From contig JBIOTX010000044.1 of NCBI GenBank assembly GCA_044866315.1, positions 10,596 through 74,595 on the forward strand: 64,000 nucleotides of DNA. The letters run 5' to 3'. Each line of letters begins with the position of its first letter. The first letter of the stretch is position 1. The notes below the pieces were generated by a model. That model was not told the origin of the DNA and made no database searches. It was given only the letters and a program-made list of their open reading frames with translations. Position numbers and translations under genes: made by a program. Below are positions 9,683-19,465 of this stretch, piece after piece. This DNA is from Thermoanaerobaculia bacterium (lineage in GTDB: Bacteria > Acidobacteriota > Thermoanaerobaculia > Gp7-AA8).

Positions 9683-10525
9683 CTACTCCGTTAGGTCTTC
9701 CTTTACGACGATCCGTTGAAAACGATCAGGCCGCCGCATAACAATACCGCGCATCTGGCGAAGCAGCTCAAGTCTGCTTCTCCGATGATTGATGATCACG
9801 TGGTCAAACAGTTCGATATTCTCGATATACCTACGCAAAATCACCTTTGCCTTTTCCGCGCGGCGAAGGATCTGTTCCTTGTCAATACCGCCTGTGGCAT
9901 CTGTGGCGGCGCGAGCAGTCTGCAACTGTTCAACGTCAATGGATTCAAGCGGTGAGAACACAAAGATAAAAACTGCTTGCTGCCCGAACATCGAACGCAA
10001 CTCTCGCAGGACTCTAATGTCGTTGACGATCGCAACGGGGGAGATGCCAGCGCATAGCAGCGAAATCAGCTCTGACGATGCCAACCCATAACGCACATTG
10101 TACTGTTCGTAAATCAGATCATAGCGTTGCGGAAAAGTGTTCGCACGTTTGGCTAGGCTCTCGATTTCTCGCAAAGCCTTACCGCGGCGACGCTCAGGGA
10201 GCTTCGCGACGAGCGCCTTCTTGATCTTTTGCAGCTCCTCGTGCGGCAGGGGTCCTCGCACCGTCAGCGTTCCAACACTGGAGTCGTAGGAATAGAACGC
10301 CGCATGCTTCTGGACAAAGTCGAGGAGCGCGGCTGTGCTTGGCAGCGGTGCGGCATTGGTATGCTCGACAGGTAAAATTTCGCTGCCGTCATCTCTTCGA
10401 CGACGCCGGGTCGTAATTTTCGGGACCACTTGGCACGTGAGGCCGCGAATACGTGGCAAAACGGCCAGCAGCGTGGATTTCCCCGATCCGGGAGCGCCCG
10501 TGAGGATGTATAGCCGACGCGCCAC
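9683..10525 (-). CDS. Guanylate-kinase-like P-loop kinase paralog with C-terminal extension (GK-like 2)
   Basis: LTGAPGSGKSTLL; KITTRRRRRDDGSEILPV; YNVRYGLAS; NIELFDHVIIN. A C-terminal tail of about 80 aa follows. A 7-nt gap separates it from GK-like 1. Confidence 0.6.
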   Translation of the reverse strand: MARRLYILTGAPGSGKSTLLAVLPRIRGLTCQVVPKITTRRRRRDDGSEILPVEHTNAAPLPSTAALLDFVQKHAAFYSYDSSVGTLTVRGPLPHEELQKIKKALVAKLPERRRGKALREIESLAKRANTFPQRYDLIYEQYNVRYGLASSELISLLCAGISPVAIVNDIRVLRELRSMFGQQAVFIFVFSPLESIDVEQLQTARAATDATGGIDKEQILRRAEKAKVILRRYIENIELFDHVIINHRRSRLELLRQMRGIVMRRPDRFQRIVVKEDLTE

Positions 10526-11752
10526 TCAGCCCCCAAACACGAATCGTACCGCCTGCGATACCTCCTCTAGGACTTCGCGAAGCGGTCCGGACATGACGTA
10601 GCGGAGATCGGGTGACGCGAGAAATCCGGATGTAGATGAGGCGCCTGGTTCAAGCGCTGGACTGCGATCAATTTCGGACTTTAGATCCGTGACGCGCACA
10701 AGGCGAAACTGAGAGTTCTTGAGGTTTTCGACGCGCAGATCCCTGTTTGCAATGAAGAGGTAGATATCGGCGATCACTCTGAGCCGCTTGACTCGATCTG
10801 TGAAATAGCGCGGCGTATCAAGCTGCAGCTGGTCACGAAGGCTGAAGTAGGCCCATTCGTTACCCTTAAAACCTCGAATCTCCTCAAGCGGCCGTCGGCC
10901 TCGTTTGTCGGGCCGCCAGTCACCCATGTAGATCACGTTCGCCTCACTCTCCGTGAAGTGAGCCATGCTCTCCTTATTCAGCTCGTCTTCAAATAATTCT
11001 TCGATCAGCTCACGCACCGCCGTTCGGGCGCTCGTCAGTTCTCTGCTCCAGTCAACGTGGCCGCCAACCGATTTATCCCACATCCCACGGTTGTCCTTCG
11101 CATTCTGGGCGCGTTGATGTATCAAGAGATTGCCGGCCCGGTCAAAAATGAAATCCCAAATAACGTACTGATGATAATCGGTGTCGTAGAAACAACCTCT
11201 CGGAAAGAGTCCCCGCGGCGCCCGTTCCTGATCGTAGAGCTCAATGACTTCAGCATCGCGTGCAGCGGTGAACCGAGCGCCATACCCGGCACGCAGATAC
11301 TCTTCATAGTGAACAACGGATCTGTGCCACGGATGTCGTTCGTCAATTTCTTCATAGAGATCAGCGTCAGCGAGCGTGTCCACGACGGGCACGCAGTAGA
11401 ATCGGCTGTCGAAGCGGGCGAGATTCAACGTGAGGGGCGCGTAGGCATTTCGAATGTCGATCCGCTCCTTGGCGGCCGCCGTAAAGTTATCGGCGAGCTC
11501 GTGAAAGAGGTCGCGACGGAAACGTAGCTCGCGAAAACTCAGCCGCTGTTCGGCGTCTGCTGTATCGAGACTTAGCGAACGACGAAAGAGTTCGTCGTCA
11601 GACTCGCAGAGAATCAACACCGAGGCTTTCGTGGCGCGTAGGTGCTGTGAGAAACGCTCAAGCGTTGACGCTGAGGCAACGTGAAGCGGCAGAACACCGA
11701 CCAGCGTCACCTGTTCCGTTGCGTTCGACAAGCAGTTCCACAGATCAAGCAT
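10526..11752 (-). CDS. Nudix-hydrolase-domain protein with N- and C-terminal extensions
   Basis: Nudix-box-like RGMWDKSVGGHVDWSRELTSARTAVRELIEELFEDE (GG..E...A.REl.EE pattern, with one-residue insertions relative to canonical GX5EX7REUXEEXGU). The probable start is MLDLWNCL, giving an 8-nt overlap with the kinase gene stop; the track ORF extends to 11833. Confidence 0.55.
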   Translation of the reverse strand: MLDLWNCLSNATEQVTLVGVLPLHVASASTLERFSQHLRATKASVLILCESDDELFRRSLSLDTADAEQRLSFRELRFRRDLFHELADNFTAAAKERIDIRNAYAPLTLNLARFDSRFYCVPVVDTLADADLYEEIDERHPWHRSVVHYEEYLRAGYGARFTAARDAEVIELYDQERAPRGLFPRGCFYDTDYHQYVIWDFIFDRAGNLLIHQRAQNAKDNRGMWDKSVGGHVDWSRELTSARTAVRELIEELFEDELNKESMAHFTESEANVIYMGDWRPDKRGRRPLEEIRGFKGNEWAYFSLRDQLQLDTPRYFTDRVKRLRVIADIYLFIANRDLRVENLKNSQFRLVRVTDLKSEIDRSPALEPGASSTSGFLASPDLRYVMSGPLREVLEEVSQAVRFVFGG

Positions 11753-13781
11753 TCGCGCTCGCCTCTGGCATTGTTTGAATGACGAAGTGAAGGACTTTGG
11801 CGACAGCATCCTCGAGTGTCGCAGGATGCTCATTCCAGGTCACGAGCGGATATGCCATCCGCATTCTGCTCTTGTTCGCCATGATGTACTGCACGTCCGC
11901 ACGCATTTCAGCAATGCGCCGCCGTGCATCGTCGACATGAAGGCCCCGGCTGAACATCCGCCGTTCCAGCTCATCGGGCCGAGCGAGTATCAGGATTGGA
12001 ATGGCGGCGACCCCGGCACGCTCGAAGGCTGAGGTCGCCGCGTCGAGGCGGGTGAACTCGGAAAAGATGCAGAAACGTACCGGATCGCCAGAAGGTCCCA
12101 CTGTGTCCGCTCCGAATGCGTACTTGTTCCCGTATTTTGTGTAACTCATGATGAGTCGCTCATCCCTCACCCACTTCTCGAACTCGACGGGATCTAATTG
12201 GCGTTGATACTCGAGCCGGCCCGGAATCGTGACTGTGGTCGGCTGCTCCATAGGTCGAAGGTCACGTGTACTGTATTTTGTGATGCAGTCGGCACGAATG
12301 CCCTTCGACAGCAGGCGGGGAATGACATCGCCGATAATCCGGTCCTTCCCGGCTGCAGACGGACCCGATACAACGTACAGCCTTGGGCGACTGTCAGTAG
12401 GATGGGGAATCCTAGTGTGACGTCGATCCACAACCGGCGATAGGATGGGATCATACGTGGCTTCGAGCCACTGCCGCCAGCGGGCGAATGCGACCGCGAC
12501 CATTTCCGCCGCCGACGCGGCGCCTTGGAGTAGATCATGATGGCCAGGTGTGGAACGAGCCAGCAACGTTGCGGCTTCGCACAGCGACATAGCATCGCTA
12601 TAGAGCCATTCGATCTGGGTGTCAGAGGGTGCGGGATCAACCAAGCTCAATGTAATGCGGAGATGCTCCAGCGCTTGCCCCATGTCTCTGGCGGCAGGAC
12701 CTACCACGCGCTGCACATTGTCTGCGACAACCACGAGCGCTCGAAGCGCGCTAATTGCGTCGGCGGCGCGGCGATCGGCACTGAACCGTTCAACGCTGCG
12801 CAGGAGCATCTCAAGTTCTTGTGCAGGGCCGGACGCGGGCTGTAAATCGTTGATGAAGGCTGGGGGCACAGCAATCGCGATGGGTTTCGTCCGAAGCAGG
12901 AGATCGAGTACTTCGGCAGCCCGCGTCGGCCGTTTGGTGGGGTCCTGTTGCAAACATTGGTGAAGCGTCTGCTGCCATTCGAGAGGCAGCGTCTTTAGTT
13001 CGTCGGGCAGTGGTGCTTTTCCAAGAATCGCATCGACGGTTTCCGCTTCGGTTGTTTTTCGGAATGGATGCACACCTGTCGTCGCAAGAAATATCAACAC
13101 TCCGAGCGCCCAAATATCTGATGCCATGGTTGCTTCTTCCCGGCGTACTTGCTCGGGTGCCATGTAGGCGAGCGTACCAAGCCATTGACCGGGCATGCTG
13201 ATAGGCGATTCACTTGGTTTTCTGGCGCCAGTGAATCGTGCTAAACCGAAATCCATGATTTTGGGAGCGGGAGGATCTCCTACGATCATCACGTTCTCAG
13301 GCTTAAAGTCGCGGTGCGTGATGCCCACTCTATGAATCTCATCAAGACCAGCGGCGATCGGCAGGAGAAGGCGCAATGCTCGATCTGCCGATAGTGGCCC
13401 CGTCTCATGTAGGTGGCGAGCTAACGTAACACCTTCAAGGAATTCCATAGTGTAGAACGTCTTATCGTCACTTAAGTGAAAAACTTTACAAACGTTTGGA
13501 TGAGTAACGTTTTTTGCTGCGCGCACCTCGCGCGCAAAACGCCGAATGAGATCCGGCCGGACAAGCAGATCGCGGCTTAAGGCCTTCAGCGCAATGCGCT
13601 CACTCTCCGCGTCGTCGTACGCTTCGTATACTTCGCCCATCCCACCCGCTCCTACGAAACTCACGATCTTGTACCGCTTCGCTAGGACTTGCCCAGGCGT
13701 AAATCGGTGGACGGGAATGGTATCCACGGCAGTCCCTGAGCGTCTTCTGGCACGAGCGCCGGGCCGTTCTTTCTTCGCCAT
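11745..13781 (-). CDS. Ser/Thr protein kinase fused to a C-terminal guanylate-kinase-like P-loop domain
   Basis: Hanks kinase motifs: VAIK-like ALKAL, HRDFKPENVMI, DFGLAR, APE (MAPEQ). A helical middle region follows. The C-terminal segment LYVVSGPSAAGKDRII...KYSTRDLRPMEQ...YTKYGNKYAF is a GMPK-like fold. Confidence 0.75.
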   Translation of the reverse strand: MAKKERPGARARRRSGTAVDTIPVHRFTPGQVLAKRYKIVSFVGAGGMGEVYEAYDDAESERIALKALSRDLLVRPDLIRRFAREVRAAKNVTHPNVCKVFHLSDDKTFYTMEFLEGVTLARHLHETGPLSADRALRLLLPIAAGLDEIHRVGITHRDFKPENVMIVGDPPAPKIMDFGLARFTGARKPSESPISMPGQWLGTLAYMAPEQVRREEATMASDIWALGVLIFLATTGVHPFRKTTEAETVDAILGKAPLPDELKTLPLEWQQTLHQCLQQDPTKRPTRAAEVLDLLLRTKPIAIAVPPAFINDLQPASGPAQELEMLLRSVERFSADRRAADAISALRALVVVADNVQRVVGPAARDMGQALEHLRITLSLVDPAPSDTQIEWLYSDAMSLCEAATLLARSTPGHHDLLQGAASAAEMVAVAFARWRQWLEATYDPILSPVVDRRHTRIPHPTDSRPRLYVVSGPSAAGKDRIIGDVIPRLLSKGIRADCITKYSTRDLRPMEQPTTVTIPGRLEYQRQLDPVEFEKWVRDERLIMSYTKYGNKYAFGADTVGPSGDPVRFCIFSEFTRLDAATSAFERAGVAAIPILILARPDELERRMFSRGLHVDDARRRIAEMRADVQYIMANKSRMRMAYPLVTWNEHPATLEDAVAKVLHFVIQTMPEASANA

Positions 13782-14003
13782 TCCGATATCCGAGCCTTGA
13801 GATTATCCATCGGCCGGGTCAACTCCGGTCCGAAGAATCCGTGCCACACCAAGGGTTATTTAGAGCTAAGTTACGAGACCGAGTCGATTCACAAAGTTCG
13901 TGAGTCATATTCTACTAAAGGAGTGACAAAAACGGTCGGATCCCTACCCGTGTGAACAACCCAGGACATCGTTTCATTGCGGGGCACTCCGTCGCCGTGC
14001 ATC

Positions 14004-14039
14004 TCCGAGTTGACGTTATTGAGGGTTGTCGTCAACTCG
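14004..14039. promoter_or_regulatory. Palindromic operator-like site CCGAGTTGACG-N14-CGTCAACTCGG, about 240 bp upstream of the kinase operon start
   Basis: Perfect 11-bp inverted arms with a 14-nt spacer. A near-identical site is present at 24298..24333. Confidence 0.4.
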
Positions 14040-15021
14040 GCGATCGAGCCATCGCCAACCACCACACCGCGGTCGAGTGATCGCATTGCTGGCCAGCTCG
14101 TCATGACAGACTGAACGGATGCCGCAAACGCCGGGCCTTCCACAGGCTCGACAGAGGTGTTTCCGGTGTTAGTGTTGAGTTGTCGACCACACCGCAACTC
14201 CACCTTATGTGGCGAGACTTGGCTCCAGACCTTCTTCGACAGCGCTATATAATTGAAGATACAACGCAGGAATCGTCAAACCGGCGGGTATTAAGGCGTA
14301 CCTGTCGGGCCTTGCTAGTGTGGCAGAGATGGAAATACTCCCGGTCCGTTTGCTTATTCTGCACATGAATGGGCTACGGTGGGTGGGTGCACGGGAAAAC
14401 ATCGGGCAGCCACGTCTACAGCTACCCAACCACCCCCGCCGCTCTTCACTGCTGATGTTTATACATGCAAACGCTGCTCCGTTACTGACGTAGTTCAGTT
14501 CACGCACGAATATTTCGACGCAGTTGAAATTGTGTGGAGGACGATTCCTACCTGAATCAGCGGGGCGCTTCATGCGGGATGTGATTGATGAGTACGAGGA
14601 AGCGCGAAGAGTGGCGGCGGAGCTTCGCGGTGACTACGAGATCATGTTCAACGACGAGCACAAGCACTTCACGCATCGATTGGCCGTTCTAGTCTCGCTG
14701 CTGCTCGACCGACGGTCATAAGAGCCACGTCGAAGGCGCATCGGTCAATCATGATCGCCTCCAAACGCGATGATTGCGCTCGGTCGTAGGTCCCGGTGCA
14801 TGCACGATTGACCGTGGCTTGAGTCGGCTCTGCTCGACGCCACTGAAGTGGTGGCGATGAAATTGGCGGTGTGCCGTCGTGACGCGGGAACGGCGCCGGC
14901 GTGGGACCCTGCACGGGCAACTTGCGCAGATTAAAGCTGCACGACAGGCCGTATAACCTCGACTTCGATGTCGAAACAAAGCAGCCACTATTCAGTACTA
15001 ACCCCCGCCGGGCGGCGTTCG

Positions 15022-15873
15022 TCACCGTACGATCTCTTCAAGCGCCGTGGCGGCGTCGGTCTTACCGTCACGATACTTGACGATTACGGGTGTTGAGATG
15101 GCGAGGGCGTGATTCGCGGCGAAGGGACCGTTGATGGCCCTCGCTCCGGGTACGACGACAGCGCCTGAAGGAATCTCCAGGGCGGTCTCGGCTGTCCGTC
15201 GATAGAGCTGCGCACGCGGAACGTCATACACTGGCGTTGATCCTGTAATGATTACGCCAGCACCGATTATCGCTCGGGATCGAATAATCGTACCTTCGTA
15301 GATCCCGCAGTTTCCGCCGACGACGACGTCGTCTTCTATAATGACTGGTAGCTCGCCTATCGGCTCGAGAACTCCGCCAACCTGTGCAGCAGCGGACAGG
15401 TGAACACGCTTCCCGATCTGTGCGCACGATCCAACGAGCGCGTGAGAGTCAATCATGGTGTCATCGTCTACAAACGCGCCGATATTCACGAAAGACGGCG
15501 CCATTAGAACGACGCGGCGCCCGAGATGCGCTCCTCGTCGGACGGAAGAACCACCGGGAACGACTCGGATCCCTTCGTGTGCGTGGAACCGCCGCGTCGG
15601 CAAAGTATCCTTGTCTACGAAGGAAAGCCCCCCTGCCGTGTACTCGACGGCTGTTCCTAACCTTATCGCCGCGAGAATCCCCGTCTTAACCCAAGATTGG
15701 ACTCTCCATACTCCGTTAGGATCGCGGAACGCGGCGCGCACCCGACCCGCTTCCAGCTCCGCTAGCAAGAGACTGATCGTCTCTAGTGCTTCCGTACGAT
15801 GCGTCAGGTCTCCCAGCGCCGCGACGCGTTGTTGAATTGAAACCATGTTATTGTGCAGTCCTTCGCACCGCAC
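15022..15873 (-). CDS. dapD: 2,3,4,5-tetrahydropyridine-2,6-dicarboxylate N-succinyltransferase (hexapeptide-repeat acyltransferase)
   Basis: Left-handed beta-helix hexapeptide repeats (VVLMAPSFVNIGAFVDDDTMIDSHALVGSCAQIGKRVHLSAAAQVGG...). The length and N-terminal domain are typical of DapD, and it lies next to dapF and lysA. The start may be the internal MVSIQQ (15846). Confidence 0.7.
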   Translation of the reverse strand: MRCEGLHNNMVSIQQRVAALGDLTHRTEALETISLLLAELEAGRVRAAFRDPNGVWRVQSWVKTGILAAIRLGTAVEYTAGGLSFVDKDTLPTRRFHAHEGIRVVPGGSSVRRGAHLGRRVVLMAPSFVNIGAFVDDDTMIDSHALVGSCAQIGKRVHLSAAAQVGGVLEPIGELPVIIEDDVVVGGNCGIYEGTIIRSRAIIGAGVIITGSTPVYDVPRAQLYRRTAETALEIPSGAVVVPGARAINGPFAANHALAISTPVIVKYRDGKTDAATALEEIVR

Positions 15874-15955
15874 TCCCTCGTTTTGACGGTGGCCGCGCCG
15901 AAGGAGAGAGGTCCGCTTCGTCTTAGCAACGCATCACCGCGCCACGGCACGCGCG

Positions 15956-16795
15956 CTAGATGTCAATTTCACCCAGAAATACCTCAGCTGCGGGCCCAGT
16001 CATGATCACGTGATTATTTGTGGCCAGCCATGTAACGCTTAGGTCGCCCCCGGCTAGACGGACAGCGACCGTGCGGTCGGTGCGGTTGTTCAGCACGGCA
16101 GCAACAACTGCGGCACAGGCCCCAGTGCCACAAGCGGCCGTCTCCCCCGACCCGCGCTCCCAAACGCGCATGCGCAGCTCCGCACGACCAGAAACATGAA
16201 CGAACTCCGTGTTCACGCCCTCGGGAAAGAACGGGTGCGCCTCAAACATCGGTCCAATACGATCCAGCGGAAGGCTGTCTAAGTCATCCACGAAGACAAC
16301 GCAATGTGGGTTTCCAACCGAAACGCACGTGATCCGGTACGGTCGCCCGAGAACGTCGATCGCACCGTTGATCGCCAGTCCCTCGGCGGCCACAGGAATC
16401 TCGCTACCCGAAAGTATCGGCTCCTCCATGTCAACCGTTACGGTATCGACCCGCCCTTTCACCGCGTGGAGCACCAGATGCCTGATGCCGCTATCTGTCT
16501 CGACGCTAAGTCGGTCCTGACGCAAGCGCCGGCGCTCAAACATGTACTTACCCACGCACCGGATGCCGTTGCCACACATCCTCCCACGACTACCATCGGC
16601 GTTGTACATCACCATGCGGCAATCCGCCACCGCCGAGGGACAGATCAGGATCAGACCGTCGGAGCCAACACCCGTGCGTCGTGGGCTGACCCGTCGTGCA
16701 AGCGCGGCTGGATCGCTGATCGAATGCGCAAAGCAATCGACATACACATAGTCATTGCCGATTCCGTGCATTTTGGCGAAGGGCAGTCGTCCCAT
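15956..16795 (-). CDS. dapF: Diaminopimelate epimerase
   Basis: FAKMHGIGNDYVYVD, GNGIRC, ERGSGETAACGTGACAA are the catalytic Cys-containing DapF motifs. Confidence 0.85.
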   Translation of the reverse strand: MGRLPFAKMHGIGNDYVYVDCFAHSISDPAALARRVSPRRTGVGSDGLILICPSAVADCRMVMYNADGSRGRMCGNGIRCVGKYMFERRRLRQDRLSVETDSGIRHLVLHAVKGRVDTVTVDMEEPILSGSEIPVAAEGLAINGAIDVLGRPYRITCVSVGNPHCVVFVDDLDSLPLDRIGPMFEAHPFFPEGVNTEFVHVSGRAELRMRVWERGSGETAACGTGACAAVVAAVLNNRTDRTVAVRLAGGDLSVTWLATNNHVIMTGPAAEVFLGEIDI

Positions 16796-16801
16796 GGGTC
16801 A

Positions 16802-18139
16802 TCACCTCTCCGAAGGGCCGAAGTGAGGGACGCTCCGCGCGCGTCCGTCGTGGGAGGCGACAACATTTCGATCATCATCACCGGACGCCTCATTCTCACG
16901 CATCATGATGTCATCCAAGGTCCCGTGCCGTTCAATAAGCGACGACCGGCCGTCCGACCCAACCAACACAGACGCGGGCATGTTCATGGAGTTGTAGTCG
17001 CTCTTCATGGCGTGCGAGTACGCACCTACGCAGCCCATCACCATGAGGTCGCCCACAGCCACCTCAACAAACGTGCGCGGCGCCAGTACACCATCGCTAT
17101 CGACGGTGAAAACATCTCCTGACTCGCACAAGTATCCGGCGACGACGTAGGTCCGCGTCGCGTTCGACACCGGCGTGCCGCGCCGCACGAAGCGAATCGG
17201 ATGAAAGGAGCCATACATAGCGGGGCGAATATTGTGATTAAGTCCTGTATTCACGATGATAAAGTTGTAGAGAGGTGTGGACTTTACTGACTGCACATTC
17301 GCCAGAAGAGTGCCGGACTGTGCGACGACAAACCGTCCGGGTTCGATCTGCAGCGCGATTTCACGACCAGCAATCTTAGAAAAATCCCTCATGCTGGCCG
17401 ACAGCATCCGGCCCCAGTCGCCGACAGGCATTGGCTGTTCTGTTGCTTCGTTATAGACAACCGGCAGCCCTCCACCGAGGTTGATGAACTGCAGATCAGG
17501 AAATGCCGTCGCTATCTCAAGAGTTCGATCTTTGATGCGAAGCCACGGGGCAATGTCGTGGCTTCCTGAGCCGATATGCGTATGCACGCCGACGATTTTC
17601 ATGCCGACGGCCTCGGCTAAGGCCAAAGCCTCGTTGACCTGATCAAAATATATTCCGTGCTTGCTGCTGGGGCCACCAGTATTAGTCTTATTGCTTTCCC
17701 CATCGCCCTCTCCAGGGTTAACGCGGATGGAGCAGTAAGAGCGGCCGGGCACTGTGCCGAGCAAACGCAATTGGTCAAGTGACGCGCAATTGATGAAAAC
17801 ACCGCGATCAACCAGCTCTTTGTATACTTCGAATGTTGCGCCTTCGCCGGTATAGAACACCTCGGCCGGCGCGAAGCCAGCGCAGATCGCTCTGCGCACT
17901 TCGTTAACAGACGAAGCGTCGATCCACAGACCTTCGCTGCGAACGATCTTCAGAATGGCCTGCAGGGTTAACGCTTTGCAAGCGTAACGGATGACGGTCC
18001 GCGGGTAGGTTAGGGCGGATCGCAGCTCGCGACACCTGGCGCGAATGACAGCCTCCTCAAAGACATATAGTGGTGTCTTATAGGTGTCGGCGAGCTCAAG
18101 GAGGCGTTGTGTCGACAACTCAGTCGTGACGCTACTCAT
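16802..18139 (-). CDS. lysA: Diaminopimelate decarboxylase (PLP-dependent fold III)
   Basis: YACKALT (PLP lysine), GGGLPV, EPGRFVVA and YLCESGDVF motifs. It sits in an operon with dapF and dapD. Confidence 0.8.
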   Translation of the reverse strand: MSSVTTELSTQRLLELADTYKTPLYVFEEAVIRARCRELRSALTYPRTVIRYACKALTLQAILKIVRSEGLWIDASSVNEVRRAICAGFAPAEVFYTGEGATFEVYKELVDRGVFINCASLDQLRLLGTVPGRSYCSIRVNPGEGDGESNKTNTGGPSSKHGIYFDQVNEALALAEAVGMKIVGVHTHIGSGSHDIAPWLRIKDRTLEIATAFPDLQFINLGGGLPVVYNEATEQPMPVGDWGRMLSASMRDFSKIAGREIALQIEPGRFVVAQSGTLLANVQSVKSTPLYNFIIVNTGLNHNIRPAMYGSFHPIRFVRRGTPVSNATRTYVVAGYLCESGDVFTVDSDGVLAPRTFVEVAVGDLMVMGCVGAYSHAMKSDYNSMNMPASVLVGSDGRSSLIERHGTLDDIMMRENEASGDDDRNVVASHDGRARSVPHFGPSER

Positions 18140-18166
18140 AGATCACCTCCAATCGTAAGGCAAGGC

Positions 18167-18889
18167 TCAAAGTGTGGACGGTGTTGTGACGGTGGCCGCG
18201 GCCAGCCGAGCGACGGCGACCCGACGGCGTACGGTTCCAATTGTCGGCCGCTCGTAGTCAAACGCATGAGTTGCTTGAAGGAGAAATCCTGCGCTTTGTA
18301 ACTCCCGAGCGAGCGCGAGCGCGGAGAGCCGCAAGTGAGACATCAGATCGTGCACCTCATAATCAATAGGGCGATAGGGAGGATCATCGGATGTAATAAC
18401 AAGTGCGTCGGGCGACATGTTGGCGCCAAGGATGGAAAGTATCGTGTTCAAGCAGCCGATGAATGGTTGTTTGTACGTGGTCGCGAGATGTCCTAGTGAG
18501 CCGTCTAGATAGACGCGATCGAAGCGTCGCCCAAGCTTGGACAGATCAAAGGCGCTGAGCTTGATCGCGTTGAGCCCCAGCCGACGTTGGTGCTCGACGA
18601 ACGTATCGAAGACTTCGAGCGAAACGAGATTCGTGTAGCCGCGCGCGTGCAGGTCGGTTTCGACTGTGCCGGAACCTGATCCAATCGAGACAATGGCGCG
18701 ATCAAAAGGCAGGTGACCACCATCGGTAAGAATGTCTATGATGAACTCTCTATAGCCTGGCACGTACACGGACGGCACGATCCGCGCGCCAACAGGAAGC
18801 GCTTCGTTCCAACGTTCAGCGATCGAGGATTTATCCTGGCCTGAGGTGTAAAAGGACTCTATCGTCTTGTCAATTGTTGATGTGCTCAT
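18167..18889 (-). CDS. Class I SAM-dependent methyltransferase (first gene of the lysA-dapF-dapD operon)
   Basis: Motif I VSIGSGSGTVE in a Rossmann-like layout; 28 nt upstream of lysA. Confidence 0.55.
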   Translation of the reverse strand: MSTSTIDKTIESFYTSGQDKSSIAERWNEALPVGARIVPSVYVPGYREFIIDILTDGGHLPFDRAIVSIGSGSGTVETDLHARGYTNLVSLEVFDTFVEHQRRLGLNAIKLSAFDLSKLGRRFDRVYLDGSLGHLATTYKQPFIGCLNTILSILGANMSPDALVITSDDPPYRPIDYEVHDLMSHLRLSALALARELQSAGFLLQATHAFDYERPTIGTVRRRVAVARLAAATVTTPSTL

Positions 18890-19465
18890 GGGTCAGCCCC
18901 TTATGTCGACGCTGGTGTTGTTGAGCTGAAGTGAATCGCCAACCTCCCGCACTTCCGCGTGACTCGTCTGATAGCTACTCAGGAACGAAGTCTCCGAGGT
19001 GGGTTACGCGCCTGGTGAAGTCTTGTGCGGCTTGGTCGCCACGCTACGGACGGGGGCGACCGCCGCGTTGAACGACGCGAATCCCCCCAGAAGCGTTCTT
19101 GCGTCGTCTTGAAGGCAGAGTGTCGGGACCGACCCATCTCCGCGCAGCGTTCTACTCTCGTCGCCACGAGCACTTCGGCTCGGAGGTGGTGTTGGCGCGC
19201 CCCTCCTAAGCGACATCTGGTGATAGAGTCCCACCCATACCGCGTGAAGGAACACGGCGAATGCGATACTGGTTTCCTGCATTGCGCATGCAGAATCGGC
19301 TTCATCGGTCACCTCTAAAATGTAAGTAGGCGTGCGATTTGGCAGCGGTAACATGCTCGTATGCGGTCTGGTCGTCGCTTTGTCGCCCCACGTGGGAAGG
19401 GTCGCGGAAGAGCGAGGATGGAAACCGTGAGGTCCTAGTTCGGTTGAGCGAGGAGTGAGGGAGGA

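Noticed and set aside
11745-11833. 89-nt overlap between kinase and Nudix ORFs as drawn in the track
   Set aside because: It is an artefact of the longest-ORF start choice. The internal Met (MLDLWNCL) gives a typical 8-nt coupling overlap.
13889-14721. Small ORFs 13889..14203 (-), 14205..14573 (-), 14524..14721 (+) in the 1.2-kb region between the kinase operon and dapD
   Set aside because: The region has reduced GC and contains the conserved palindrome, so it is more consistent with a regulatory or leader region. The translations lack motifs. Only the 49-aa MRDVIDEYEEARRVAAELRGDYEIMFNDEHKHF frame looks protein-like, and it is too weak to call.
16304-17122. 272-aa plus-strand ORF
   Set aside because: It is antisense to lysA/dapF and its translation is Arg/His-rich.
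18950-19330. Possible lysine riboswitch (L-box) on the minus strand upstream of the methyltransferase-lysA-dapF-dapD operon
   Set aside because: The reverse complement contains AGGAGGGGCGC and GCCGAAG, which resemble two L-box blocks. The other conserved blocks (CUGUCA, GGAGCGCUAC, the P1 closing stem) were not found by eye. A covariance-model search (Rfam RF00168) would be decisive, so this is not called.
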